Assembly (NCBI RefSeq): GCF_018977255.1
Contig: NW_024704895.1
Coordinates: 62,001 to 114,510, forward strand
Source of the DNA: Callorhinchus milii
Taxonomy: Eukaryota
DNA length: 52,510 bases
Direction of reading: 5' to 3'
Within the stretch, counting starts at the first letter, position 1. Every line of letters begins with the position of its first letter. Below the pieces are notes generated by a model. The model saw only the letters and a list, made by a program, of their open reading frames with translations. It was not told the origin of the DNA and did no database searches. A program made the translations under genes and the position numbers. Of the stretch, positions 41,301 to 52,510 are shown one piece after another.

Positions 41301-44300
41301 CCCACGGGAGAAAGGCGACACCCGGAGGGCGTAGATTTCATTAGGCGTTCAATTAGATGTTGGGTGTTATTCTTAACGAGCGAATCATCCCCCCCTGGCA
41401 TAAAATTAAAGGGCATATCACAGATGGCGAAGGACTGGTTAGTGGCCCGGAGACTAAGTGGGTGCGTCCACGGAAGGTACGCCCACTCGTACATACATCC
41501 TACAAGGAGTACGTATGTATCCTTTGTAGCCGCCGCGCACTAAGATAGGGGTATCGCTCGGACCTACCTCCGGGCTAACTAGCAGATCGCCAGTGAAGAC
41601 AGTGTACAACAGCCTCCTGTCAACAGGTCGGGTCGCTGCATTACGGGCATTGTTAGTCGTGCTCGCCGATACCGTATAAATGCGTAGCCCCGTAGCTTCG
41701 AGTGAATTGAACCTTGCCAGGCGTCGATGAGGAAGTGTACTCATCAAGGTCACTAACACAGGCCACGAGCTGACCGACGCCGCCCCCGTGCTTAATGGTT
41801 CCTCCCCTTGGTCTTCACCGGCGTTTTAAAATTAGTAGGGAAGGCCATTGTCTAACTATTAACTAGGTCTGGGGAATTGGGGCGAAGACCCATTAATGAC
41901 CGTGCAACCGTTCCCAACAGTGACACGTTATGGGGGACCTCGCTCTGCAGAACTTCTTGCTCCCAAGAGGGCCGACATAGGCTGTCTCCGCTTATTAGAA
42001 GTGGCTCAAATGAGGGACTAGACCCAGTTAATCTCGCACGCCTGTCGATGCGTCCCGTATCTCGCTGGATTGTCCCAATGCGGAATGACGTGCCCCATCT
42101 ATATAGACAATCCGCGTCTTGCTCGTGTAACGTAACCATTCCCAAGCAGTAAAACAACGCAAAAAAATAACCCAACCGTCAATGAGGAGCCGTCAGTATA
42201 AGCCAATAATGTTTGCGTTATGGACGACCGGGCCGTTTATCATGTAATTAGCACTCCTTCTGGTCACCCTTGTCAGTCGTCGGGCCACCAGCTTTTCCGC
42301 AGGATGAACAATAGAATTGTGGACTACTAAAGGCGGCTCCCTCGCACAACTTTGAACAACCACGATGTCATAAAGAAAAAAATGATATGGCCTGGTTGCG
42401 GCATGTACGGTAATGGGAGCTATAGATTCATGCCCCCACATCGGATACCGTGAACTGCGCCATTACTACCGCTTTAACTTTACAATAGGATGGCGTGAAT
42501 CCTCGCAATACATAATGCCCTAATGGTCAGGCCAGCTCTATGATCCGCGGACTCCGTAATACAGGGACCCAATGCGCGTAAGAAATCTTGTGCAACATGT
42601 CCCGCGTTAGTCCGTGGGCTCGCGACGGGCCGCCAGCCTTGTTTCGTCAGGTCAGAGGTTAGATACGACGGCTGCGGCCCGGTACCAAGCGTTGGGGGAT
42701 GCGAGCCTCCACGCTCAGAAACATGACTAGACTAGAGGACAGATTGTGGCCCAACTCGTTCAGCCGTTCTTGGGATGACAACGACCGCGTACTACCTGAT
42801 AATTCAAGATTCCTCCTCTGTATCTTACACATCGACACATCCTCCGCGATAATCCGCGCTAGCGGGCCAACATGAAAATTGATACTTATTCTATCGCGCA
42901 AAGGGTCACCGGACTCCGAATCAGGTAATTAGCCTCTTGCACACGGTGGGGAAGCGTGTTTCACCACGTAAAGATTTTGAAAACTAGGTGGCCCTGCGAC
43001 AGCACTTCACCAACGTAGGGGTCCCTGAATCTTGTCCTTTATTCATTACTCCTGAGGCCGTACATGACACAGCGTAGGTGCTATCCCAGAGCCAGACAGA
43101 GTCATTCCCGCCCATAGCCCCATCAGCCAGTGCTCTATCCGGCTGAGCAGGTTGTCGAGGAAGAGGGTCGCCAAGTTTTACGGTCACGTTTACAGCATCC
43201 GATCGCACAACCTCCTAAAAAGTTACAAGGTACGCCCACTCATTGGCGAGTATCCAGATCTTCTGGTAGACACTACACTCAGACTGCAATACAGTCGACC
43301 CACGACTTTGCTTTATCATCGTTTCTCGAACATGAAGATATGAGATGGACGACATCTCTGGGCTCTAAGTCTTTAAACCTCGCCACTATATGTCACGTGT
43401 ACATGAATACCACGGCACCGCGTGGGAGCTCGTCCGTCAAATGGCACCACAAGACACTTCCTGCCAAACAGTAATCTAGGGCATAGTCCTGCCTGGAAGT
43501 GCAGGGACCATCAAGTTATCTCTAAATCCATTCTAGTACCAACCCCCCGTACAGCGGGTCGGATCACGGTCCAGAATCGGATTTATTCTAGCATTCGAAA
43601 TCATTATTGATCAAGTTACAACAGCGGGAACATAGCGTCCGCTGTACTCTCGGTCGATTGATCGGTTGTAGAAGTACTACACAGCCTTGGCTCGCATCTG
43701 TCTCATCAGAGTAGCATCCCTGCCGTGTCGGATATAAGACGCGCATGACGTTATCAGGCTAGTAAAGTGAGATTCGAATTGTGATGACCAAAAGGTGATA
43801 AGTACCAGTATTCATGCGCCCAAACCATCGTTCTTCCGCACTCAGCCTGGATGGGAAGACGGAAATTTAGATTTACAAACTGGAAATACGATCAGATCAA
43901 TAAGTCGGACCAATATGCGATGGAAGCCAGCTCTCTCGCGGTATGGGAACATGGGTACGTAGTACATACCGCCAAGGACTTCTTGGATCACGAGATCAGC
44001 CAAATCGAGTTAAATGTTCGGAAGTTTTGACGAGGCTCGGCTATTGTTAGATGAAACCGCAACATTGACACCGTGATACGAGGGATAACCGCGAATGCTA
44101 GTATTGGGGACCCAGACCCGATTATGCACTGATCTTGCCTATTACGACCAGTGAGAAGTTTTATTAGATTCGGGTTCGGCAATACGGGTGTTCGGGTACC
44201 CAAACCCGCGTCCTCAAAATCGTCCCGAACAGACCACCGGCCGGCGGGCAGTCAACATCTCTGCAAATCGACCTACATCAAATCCGCGTGCTCCCATGCA

Positions 44301-46880
44301 CAAAAATATGATACACCGGTGAATGTGTCGGTGTTAAACAAAATTGGGCAGTATAGGAATTCTTCTGGAGGGCCGGTTTCGCGTAAGCGCAACCGCGTTA
44401 ACAGACTTATAACTGAGTTGACCGGCCACCTTCCTATACTCCCCCACTAAGGGGCTCGACTGCCGTCTGGAAGTTCTTCGAAACCGTAGACTCACCCCAA
44501 CCCAAGATGCGACGATGGTACTAGAGAATATTGGTTTTGGGAGAGAAAGCCGAGATTAGGCGCGCCGAACGGTCGAGGCCTTAATACGACTGTACTCGTG
44601 GATCACGTCTGTCTATCGCACTCCAGCTACGGCTCGGACTCGTTCACGCGTATATAAATTTGGGAGTCGACGTCTACGGCGATCGCGGTAGGTTCTAGAG
44701 GTTCACAGGCGTATATGTGGCGTTTGTCACCGCTTGTAGACTTGAGTTCCACTCATTGATTCTTTGCTTAACAGCGGAAGCTTACACTCGATAGGCGCTA
44801 ACTTCAAACCGTTGTATGTTGCAGTCCTGATGATAGGAGGGAACAATTATAGTAGCATAGCCCGGCCATGGGCTCTACGCATACCCGAATTCCATATCAA
44901 CCCCCGCTAACAGACAATTACAGCTCGCTCCGATGAAGGTCCTAGTGTCCTACCACACAGTTCGATAAGAATTCGCGTCCATAGACTAGACTTCGTATGG
45001 TAAAAGATTATTATACACGCCTGACACAGAGGAAAAAGGAAACCCAGATGTGGGACAAGTGGGGTAACCGTGCTACCGTTTTGTAACAAGTCACTTATCC
45101 CAGTACCTAACCTGGCATAGGGCTTGACTGCTACTAAGCGACTTACTTCAGTAGTCCAATCCCCGGACCAGGCAATTAACCTACAAAGGCACGCAGGTCA
45201 GTGGACGCATAGCGCCATGAGTTATGCGTGATCGATTATGCTCCGGCCCGGGCTAGCGGGTGAAAGACTCGAGTACGGAGCTCCTGGATCTAATTTTTTG
45301 GCACGGGTCTCCCCACCCGAAACTTAAAGCTACAGGAACCCGACTATCTCGTAGGGAAAATAATGGATAGATTCATCCCATATCCAAGTCCTCGGAAGTC
45401 ACTAGGCAACGCCTCCAATTTAGCGGGCCCGAAGGATATTCCAAAAATTTAAGCATCCATCATTTCTGCCAGTCAACTTGAAATATTGCCTATTTGTTAG
45501 TCGCAGGAGCCCCCGCGGTAGTGGCGTCGTAGTGAAAGTCAAGAAAATAGTTTTTGAGCCGGTTACAAGGAATGTATCAAGCAACTTACTGGGATGCGAA
45601 AATGCTAGGCCTTTCGAGTCCGCCAATATCTACCACGTGTGCCTTGTCGCTCGCCAAACTTCCACAAACCAACTCGTAATTACGGCGTGGGCTTATATTT
45701 TAGCCCGATGCGACCGGTCTGGCGGCGAGTAACGAGTCTACTTCCGCCATTGCCATCCATATATGCTTTACATAGGTAGGTCGCAGCCTGAGTAGAGAAG
45801 AAGGTACTCCATCAAATCAAACCTAAGTACGCCGACCTCCCAGGCCAACAGTCCGCATGGTGTTCATTACTGCACGTTTTGCTACCCATAGCGGCAAAGG
45901 GTAAGAAACAGCCAGCCAAGCCGTTAGTCTCCAACACCAGGGTACGACAGCTTAAGCACAAATCCTAAACCCAAAGCTCCCTCTTGAGACTGGGTTTCGA
46001 CACCCTGGGAGAGTCTCTCTTGCCTTTCCATAGAGACGACTATTACTTCAAGAAGCCCAACTGCATCGGGGCTATCCGTGGAACTTTGAGGCCCGGGGCT
46101 TCGTTATAACGGAACGTAGTAGTCGGTGTCAAGGTCTTGATTATTGAGGGAGCTAACCAAGCAAGGGCGGTTACTAATTACATTAACATGCCTGGTGGAG
46201 CGGAAAACAACGTCTGCACAATTAACGGCAGTATTCAAAGACTGTAAAAGGAGACTGAGGAGGTCAAGACCCTTGGGGTAGAACTCATTTCTTTAGCGTA
46301 ATACCGGGGTGTAATTTCTCCGCGCCGGTGGCATCTACCAACCTGCCTAACGGACTGACCGATGATTCCATTGCGTAGTGAGTAACTGTCGTAGATCAGA
46401 GGTCCGCGCAGTGGGTGCCCCTTGAGTAGGGGTTGATTGCGCTCGCATGCTTTAGTGTCTCCTTAACCGAGACTGCAATGCTTTTGCGAATGATGAAGAT
46501 AAGATCGGTCCCATCCGATATCGATCAGAAATTCGATCTTGCAATTTTCATTGAGCCGCCCTGGAATAGCTCGACTCGTACAATAAAAAAGTTGCGTTTT
46601 AAAACGGTGCGCGAGAGTCGCCGTTGTTAGAGAGCCAGGCCAACTCATGTTGATAGGCAAAGTCCGGTCAGAAGAAAAATCGGTCTTGCCTGGGAAGGAT
46701 CATGCGACTGGCATCATGGGAGCTTCCTAACGGTATACCTCAGCCGTGTGAAAGATTTGAGTCGGGGACTAGGATGCCGTCCATACTAATTCGTCAGATC
46801 CTACCTACAATAGCGTATTTTAGTCACAACTATTCGACGTGTGCGACGAATATCCTATCAGCATTATTCCGTCCGTGTGA
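14370..46880. other. Featureless random-like block (probably shuffled, synthetic or artefactual)
   Basis: By eye the base composition is near-uniform, CpG and TpA are not depleted, and there are no AT-rich tracts, microsatellites or TE fragments. The longest ORF in the track is 186 aa, with no motif. The sequence character changes abruptly at both ends. The right boundary is approximate. Confidence 0.85.
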
Positions 46881-46884
46881 GGGG

Positions 46885-47618
46885 AGAGCCTGACATGAGA
46901 GTTGCAGGATAGGTTGACGACACTGAGCATTCGTGGTGTGCTCTTGACGGATCTCCGTTGCTTGCATGCTGTCAAGCACGTACAGCTGCATGTAATGCGG
47001 TGCTTGATTGTCAAGCGGCTGCAGGTGAGATGTGTGGTGATATGTCTGGCCATGGACCTTGAAGACATATGGGCCTCGTCCTGCCAAATCGACGATTTTC
47101 GCTCCCATCAACGCGAAGGAGACAGTGCCGTTGTAGGATCGTATGTGATCGTGGAAGTGAGTGTGATTCGGATGAGTTGGGTCAGTCAGCAATACGCGGA
47201 GAAACTCAGGATATTCCAGCTCAACTCCGTTGATGTCCTTTGGCTTTGGCAACTTGAATTTGCCCTTAAAGCAGCACGAAGTTAATTTCCGATCAACAGG
47301 GCATTCTGAGATGAAGTTTCTCGAGTCGCAGAACTGGCAGATGATGTTCAGTGGACTGCAATTGTGCGCCTCTACTCGAGTGTCATCGAAATTGATGGCT
47401 TCATTGCGGATCGCTTGTCTCTGATGACTCTGAATGACCGCTGCACGCCACGACTGCGATTGCTCAGCGGTTTGTCGATTGATGAAACGTTGTTGAGATT
47501 CACAATGTGCTGCACGAATTATCTCGAGCGACTCCTGACTTTGCTTGGCCAACCATCTTTGCTTTCGTTCGTTTGGCTTTCGACGCTTTTTTGCGATGGG
47601 ATCTTCGTCCTCGTCCAT
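46885..47618 (-). mobile_element. Helitron Rep/helicase N-terminal coding fragment, truncated
   Basis: CQFCDSRNFISE...SCCFKGK, FHDHIRSYNGTVSFALMGA, GPYVFKVHGQTYH and QLYVLD match the Helitron RepHel N-terminal pattern (C..C...E...CC..G; IRQYN..F.F.S.G; GP..F...GQ.YH; QLY..D). Confidence 0.9.
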
Positions 47619-47711
47619 AATTTGTTACTGGAAGTGAAAAAATCTTTAAGGAACATTATGAAGGCAAATAGAGAGAGAAGAGCGGGCTGCCTCTCCTTGG
47701 CCTCCCCTAGC

Positions 47712-48420
47712 TCTTCTCTCTCTCAAGCGTTCATCATATTCATCATAGAAAGATAAAGTAGTGCGCTTACCAACGTATACGAACGTCTGTCCCTGCAACT
47801 TGTTGATTGTGATAGCGTATGCGGGGAGAATAGGAAATTGACGTCGTCGCAAAACAAATGGCAAAGTTCTGTCGGTGGGGGCCAATACGATTCTGGGAAT
47901 CTATTCTGAGAATCAACACTGAATCGCCTCGTTCTTTCTCTCTCTCAAGCGTTCATCATGTTCATCATAGACAGATAAAGTTGTGCGCTTACCAACGTAA
48001 TCGAACATCTGTCCCTGGACTTGTTGATTGTGATAACGTATGCAGGGAGAATGGGAAATTGTAGTCATCGCAAAACAAATGGAAAAGTCGTGTCGGAGGG
48101 GGCCAAGTCGATTCTGGCAATCGATTCAGGGAATCAACACCGAATCGCCTCGTTGTCTCTCTCTCAAGCGTTCATCATGTTCATCATAGACATATAAAGT
48201 TGTGTACTTACTAATGTAATCAAACGTCTCTTCCTGCGACTTGTTGATTGTGATAGCGTATGCGGGGAGAGTGGAAAATTGTCGTTGTCGCAAAACAAAT
48301 GGCAAAGTCGTGTCGGAGGGGGTCAAGTCGATTCTGGGAATCGATTATGTAAATGAACACCGAATCGGCTCGTTCTCTCTCTCAAGCGTTCATCATTTTT
48401 CATCACAAATAGATAAAGTT
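47712..48420 (-). repeat. ~220-bp tandem array (~3.2 copies) derived from the Helitron PIF1-like helicase C-terminus
   Basis: TCAAGCGTTCATCAT recurs at 47723, 47945, 48164 and 48382. Units translate as [31 protein letters not shown]. Confidence 0.9.
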
Positions 48421-48459
48421 GGACGTTTATATTATTATATTAATGTATGTTTTTATGCA

Positions 48460-48834
48460 GTATCCACTGACTATGCAACAGGGATTTCTAAATGTTTTTT
48501 GGCCGAGCAGCAGGAGCAGTCTCTAGTTTGGAGTGCGTAGGAGCCTCATGCTACTACAGGCTTAATTATGATATCATTAAATATTATATAAAATAATTCG
48601 TAATAAAGTTATATTTAATGCATTCTTAGTCAATTGAGAATTTTCCTAAATATGAAATAGATAAATATTAATAAATAAATATCAACTATTAAATAAATAT
48701 TAACTATATAAAATATTCAATATGATCTCATTCAATGTCATTACAACTAAATATGAACGTATCCACCGACTATGCAACAGGGGTTTCTAAATATATTTTT
48801 GCCGAGGAGCAGGAGAAGCTTCTAGTTTGGAGTG
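48460..48834. repeat. ~76-bp direct repeat pair separated by an AT-rich spacer
   Basis: GTATCCAC(T/C)GACTATGCAACAGGG...CTAGTTTGGAGTG occurs at 48460-48535 and 48759-48834. Confidence 0.85.
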
Positions 48835-48956
48835 TGGTTGTAAAGCGCATGCGGAGAAGTCGCACACTACTACACGCGTTCTGTCTCTCTGTTAGAAGGC
48901 TCACACGGGGCCTGCGTATGCAATTTAAGCATGGGTCTCTCATGTGCGGCTCTTAC

Positions 48957-49103
48957 TGGGACGAGGTACTTTTTCACTTCATCCAGGGCATGACCCATGC
49001 GACTGTAGGCCTCCGACGGTGGAGCAAACACCTCAATCAGGACGTGCAGCTCCTCGCTCAGGTGTGCGTATTTGTTTTCACCGCTCTTTCTCATTTCCTC
49101 CTC
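48957..49103 (-). CDS. KHDRBS: KHDRBS (Sam68/SLM family STAR protein) exon, KH domain C-terminal half
   Basis: [52 protein letters not shown] acceptor, GTAAGA donor, 147 bp, phase 0-0. Confidence 0.95.
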
Positions 49104-49356
49104 CTGCCGAAGAATGAAATAATGGTCAGAGTCGCGAATACGCACTGCAGCGCCAGACGCCAATCGACTGCGCATTTCGGTTATTATAATTTGGGTCCAT
49201 GTTACATCACATCACTGTCTAAATATTTAATATCTGTTTGAAAAGTCTGGCTTTGGAAATGGTTGGTGTTAAAGTAAAGCGGTGGTTATGTTGCAGCCAA
49301 AGTTTTTTCCAATGTGCCTGTTTAAAAAAGTCTTTATTTATGCCATATTGACTTAC

Positions 49357-49473
49357 CAAAGCTTTGTCCCTCATTGATCCTTTTCCCAAAATGGACATTT
49401 TGGTTCCCGTTTCTTCCTGCATTCTTTTGAGAGAATTACCTCGTGGCCCCAGCAACTTCCCCACAAAATTGAA
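49357..49473 (-). CDS. KHDRBS: KHDRBS exon, KH domain N-terminal half with the GxxG loop
   Basis: [45 protein letters not shown] acceptor, GTAAGT donor, 117 bp, phase 0-0. Confidence 0.95.
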
Positions 49474-50044
49474 CTGCAAAGCAAAAGAGAAAATATTTCA
49501 AATGAGGACACACACAATCCAATCGTTGCTCCTCGAGATGCAGTTGCAATTGGACGTTATATGAATCCAAAATTATCTCAGCATCCACGTTTTTCTTTTT
49601 CATCAGATCTGAAATGGCTCCGTTATGAAGTTAAGCATTGAAAATAAAAAGGAAAACAATTAACTGTTTAAATAAATTATGCTCGGTGATTCAAAGTGTC
49701 CCCCAGCCTCCCCCACAGAAGTAAGTGGATGTGTGAATGCTTGTGAGCCAGTAATATTCGTAGCGAAAGTAAGCTGTGCTGTGACTATATTCATGGGATT
49801 GGAAAACATTAAAGCTCGATTCTGTGCATGATTGCTGGGGAGAGAGGCAATTGTACCGAACAAGGAAGAATCTCTACAGCTGCAATACCACAGGCACGCA
49901 GGTGATGAGAATGAATGCAATGCATGTGGGATTAATATACAAATTACACATTGCATGACAACACAAATCAGGAAATGCACAGCGTTCTCTGTAAAACAAA
50001 ATAAAAAACGCGCTACTTCCCATCATCCTTTAACCAGAAATTAC

Positions 50045-50157
50045 CAGAGGTGGGACAAAGTCATTGTTATGCAAGTCCAAGTCGAGTCTGAAGTCATCAA
50101 ATTCATGACTCGAGTCTGACTCGAGTCCAAGTCACATGACTCGAGTCCACACCTCTG
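50045..50157. mobile_element. hAT-type MITE, 113 bp
   Basis: TIRs CAGAGGTGGGAC and GTCCACACCTCTG. Perfect 8-bp TSD GAAATTAC at 50037-50044 and 50158-50165. Internal GACTCGAGTC palindromes occur three times. Confidence 0.85.
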
Positions 50158-50635
50158 GAAATTACTTATTTAATGTATAAAGAGTACCATATATTTAATG
50201 GGCTCAGAGAACTGTAAACAAGACTTGAAACTCCACATGCAGGGACTTGGCTATTGTAACATTTCTATAGTGATGTCACTGCTCACAAAAATGGGAAATC
50301 ATGAAGTCGGGAGTGAATGAGCCACGGTGACAGTGTGCATGCACGTATTCAGCATGCAGTCAGTGGCGCCTGGTCTCTATGGGCGTTGGGGCGGCACTCT
50401 ACCTAAAAATTGTTTAAACGTGAAACAAATGGCTAATTTAATGTTTTTGACATTTTTAATTAGGATAAAATCTATTTTTAAATAATTTGAATTTTTGGCC
50501 AGGTTTCTCTGCCCAAATGGGATGCATATTTCACCACCATCTCCTTGGCCAATTTAAACCAATCCCACAGACTGCTGCCACCCTTTGAACAAATTGAGGC
50601 CAAAGAAGTGCTAATAAATTCAAAAACAAGCATGT

Positions 50636-51091
50636 CCAATAACAAGCCTGGCTAGTAACAAGCCTGGCCAATAACAAAATTGGCCAATAACAAGCCTGGC
50701 CACTAACATGCCTGGCCAATAACAAACCTGACCAATAACATGCCTGGCCACTAACATGCCTGGCCAATAACAAGCCTGGCCAATAACAAGCCTGGCCAAT
50801 AACAAGCCTGGCCACTAACATGCCTGGCCAATAACAAACCTGACCAATAACATGCCTGGGTACTAACATGCCTGGCCAATAAAAACCCTGGCCAATAACA
50901 AGCCTGGCTACTAACATGTCTGGTCACTAACATGCTGGCCAATAACAAACCTGACCAATAACATGCCTGGCCAATAACAAGCCTGGCCACTAACATGCCT
51001 GGGCCCTAACATGCTTGGCCAATAAAAACCCTGGCCAATAACAAGCTTGGCCAATAACAACCCTGACAACTAACAAGCCTACCCAATAACA
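50636..51091. repeat. 16-bp minisatellite (~28 units) in a KHDRBS intron
   Basis: Unit variants CCAATAACAAGCCTGG, CCACTAACATGCCTGG and CCAATAACAAACCTGA. Confidence 0.95.
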
Positions 51092-51232
51092 CACCGCCAT
51101 TCCAAGGACATTTACATCGAGACAGCCCGCCCCTCCCCATCAGACACTATGATACAGGAACTGCCACAACTAGAACTGTGACCCAGCAGCCGCCACCACA
51201 TGCAATGTCTTAAACAATCAACGTTGTTGTAC

Positions 51233-51356
51233 CTTTGGATGCTGTTTTGCTGGAATGATGACCCGTTCAGCCAACTTCATATTCTTATTGCTGACCAAGT
51301 CCAAGAATTTTCTCTCCTCCTCATCTACAGCATTATCTCTTTGCACACTTCAGTTT
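51233..51356 (-). CDS. KHDRBS: KHDRBS exon between QUA1 and the KH domain (5' boundary uncertain)
   Basis: Not in the ORF track. Manual translation gives VQRDNAVDEEERKFLDLVSNKNMKLAERVIIPAKQHPK, ending AAG|GTAC. This resembles the SLM-type YLDVISNKNIKLSERVLIPVKQYPK and splices in frame to FNFVGK. Confidence 0.85.
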
Positions 51357-52224
51357 CTGTTAAGCAGAAAAGAGTTGTAAGATGTTAAGCACAACCTAAT
51401 ATAACCAGATATGTGTTTCTTTCTGGTGCGTGCATTTTTAAAAGAGGCCATCGCATCGTGTTTTAGCCACGATTTGCAATGAGCTTATTCTTACACTTGG
51501 CTTGTTGTGGAGGTGCGGGCAGCCGGCCTCTTTATAAATAAAATGTGACAAGTCAGACAAATCCCCATTCTCCAACACATTTGCTCCCATGTAGAGCGGT
51601 GTTGTATTGAAGCGGCAGCATCTGTTACCTTTACAGGACTAATCTGAGACCAATGTAGAACGTGCCACTTTCACTAAATAGCTCCTTACATGGAGGAGCC
51701 TGGCTCTAACTCAAGGACACTGACCCCTTGTTGCCTATTTAAAGAGAATATCGCAATTCCAATTTGCGATGCGAGCGCTGACACACGATCCAATTAATGA
51801 GGTGCGATGTTTATTTTCTGGGGGGTTGGGGGCTGTTACTTCACAATGCAGTATAAACCACTTTGCAGACGGTCCCCCAATCTCAGAGCTAATATGTAGA
51901 TGCAATTAGAATGCGAGTTTATATTTACGTAATTCAATCGGTATCAGGAATTTGAATGTCGAGATATGTCCACTGTGCTCGACCTGCGTTTTATTTTCTG
52001 CCCCCCCCTCCACTCGCCTCGCAGAAATGCAAGGGCCTCGTTTTTGGTCGTCGCACCGCTGAGCTCCGCGACTCACCGTCGGTGTCTGAAGGGTGTCTGA
52101 AGGTTCCCCTTGTCTACGTTACCGCGCTGCGTGCTAATACCCTCCCGGGATCTCGTGATGAGTCAACAATCCTACCAGCTGCTATTTCACATTCACTTCA
52201 CGTCTTTTTTTTTTCTTCCATTCG

Positions 52225-52436
52225 TTTGGGTCTTTCGGTAAAGTCACGTCGATACGTTCAAAGAAAATAACAAAAAAACTACGACTTTCGATCGCAACAC
52301 TAGGAAAAGGGGGTGGGGGGGAAACGTCATAGTTTTGGTTATTTTTTGTAAATGTATTTGAACCTATCTACGTGACTTTACCGAAAAACCCAAAGAATAT
52401 GAATTCCTGCAGTCACGAAAGCTTTAAGTCAAGATT
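52225..52436. mobile_element. Two inverted Penelope pseudo-LTR end fragments of the same family as 3983-5075
   Basis: TTTGGGTCTTTCGGTAAAGTCACG...TTTCGATCGCAA at 52225-52296. The inverse, CGTGACTTTACCGAAAAACCCAAAGAATATGAATTCCTGCAGTCACGAAAGC at ~52371-52422, matches the reverse complement of ~3990-4045. Confidence 0.8.
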
Positions 52437-52510
52437 TGCTTTTTTTAGTTTGCAACTTTATACTCTTTCCATTGGGTGCCACGGTGGCGAGATGTCAATT
52501 ACCTCTCCTG

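Noticed and set aside
14370-46880. Endogenous virus, Polinton or bacterial island
   Set aside because: These would show dense long ORFs or recognisable decayed genes and terminal repeats. None are seen.
46902-47756. Plus-strand ORFs overlapping the Helitron
   Set aside because: They are antisense shadows of the minus-strand RepHel coding fragment.
50531-50996. Repetitive ORFs (ACYWPG/LLARLVIGQ) or a CRISPR-like array
   Set aside because: These are translations of a 16-bp minisatellite. There are no unique spacers or cas genes, and the context is a eukaryotic intron.

Overview
This is AT-rich, repeat-laden animal genomic DNA in three parts. (1) 1-14339 holds mostly decayed transposable elements: two related solo LTRs, each with its own 4-bp target-site duplication (TSD); a TSD-bounded Penelope-like element with GIY-YIG remnants, inverted pseudo-LTRs and two hammerhead ribozyme motifs; a decayed Ty3/Gypsy gag-pol; and a pogo/Tigger-like MITE. 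(2) After a 30-N gap, about 32.5 kb (14370 to ~46880) looks random: balanced composition, abundant CpG and TpA, no repeats I could see and no recognisable ORF. It most likely is shuffled, synthetic or artefactual, and I found no biological system in it. (3) ~46880-52510 holds a truncated Helitron with a ~220-bp tandem array derived from helicase coding sequence, three minus-strand exons of a KHDRBS (Sam68/SLM) STAR/KH RNA-binding gene, a hAT-type MITE, a 16-bp minisatellite and further Penelope ends. I cannot support a claim of a new biological system. The most notable real structures are the covarying Penelope hammerheads, the helicase-derived tandem array and an apparent frame problem in one KHDRBS exon. 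Family assignments come from recalled motifs, not database searches.
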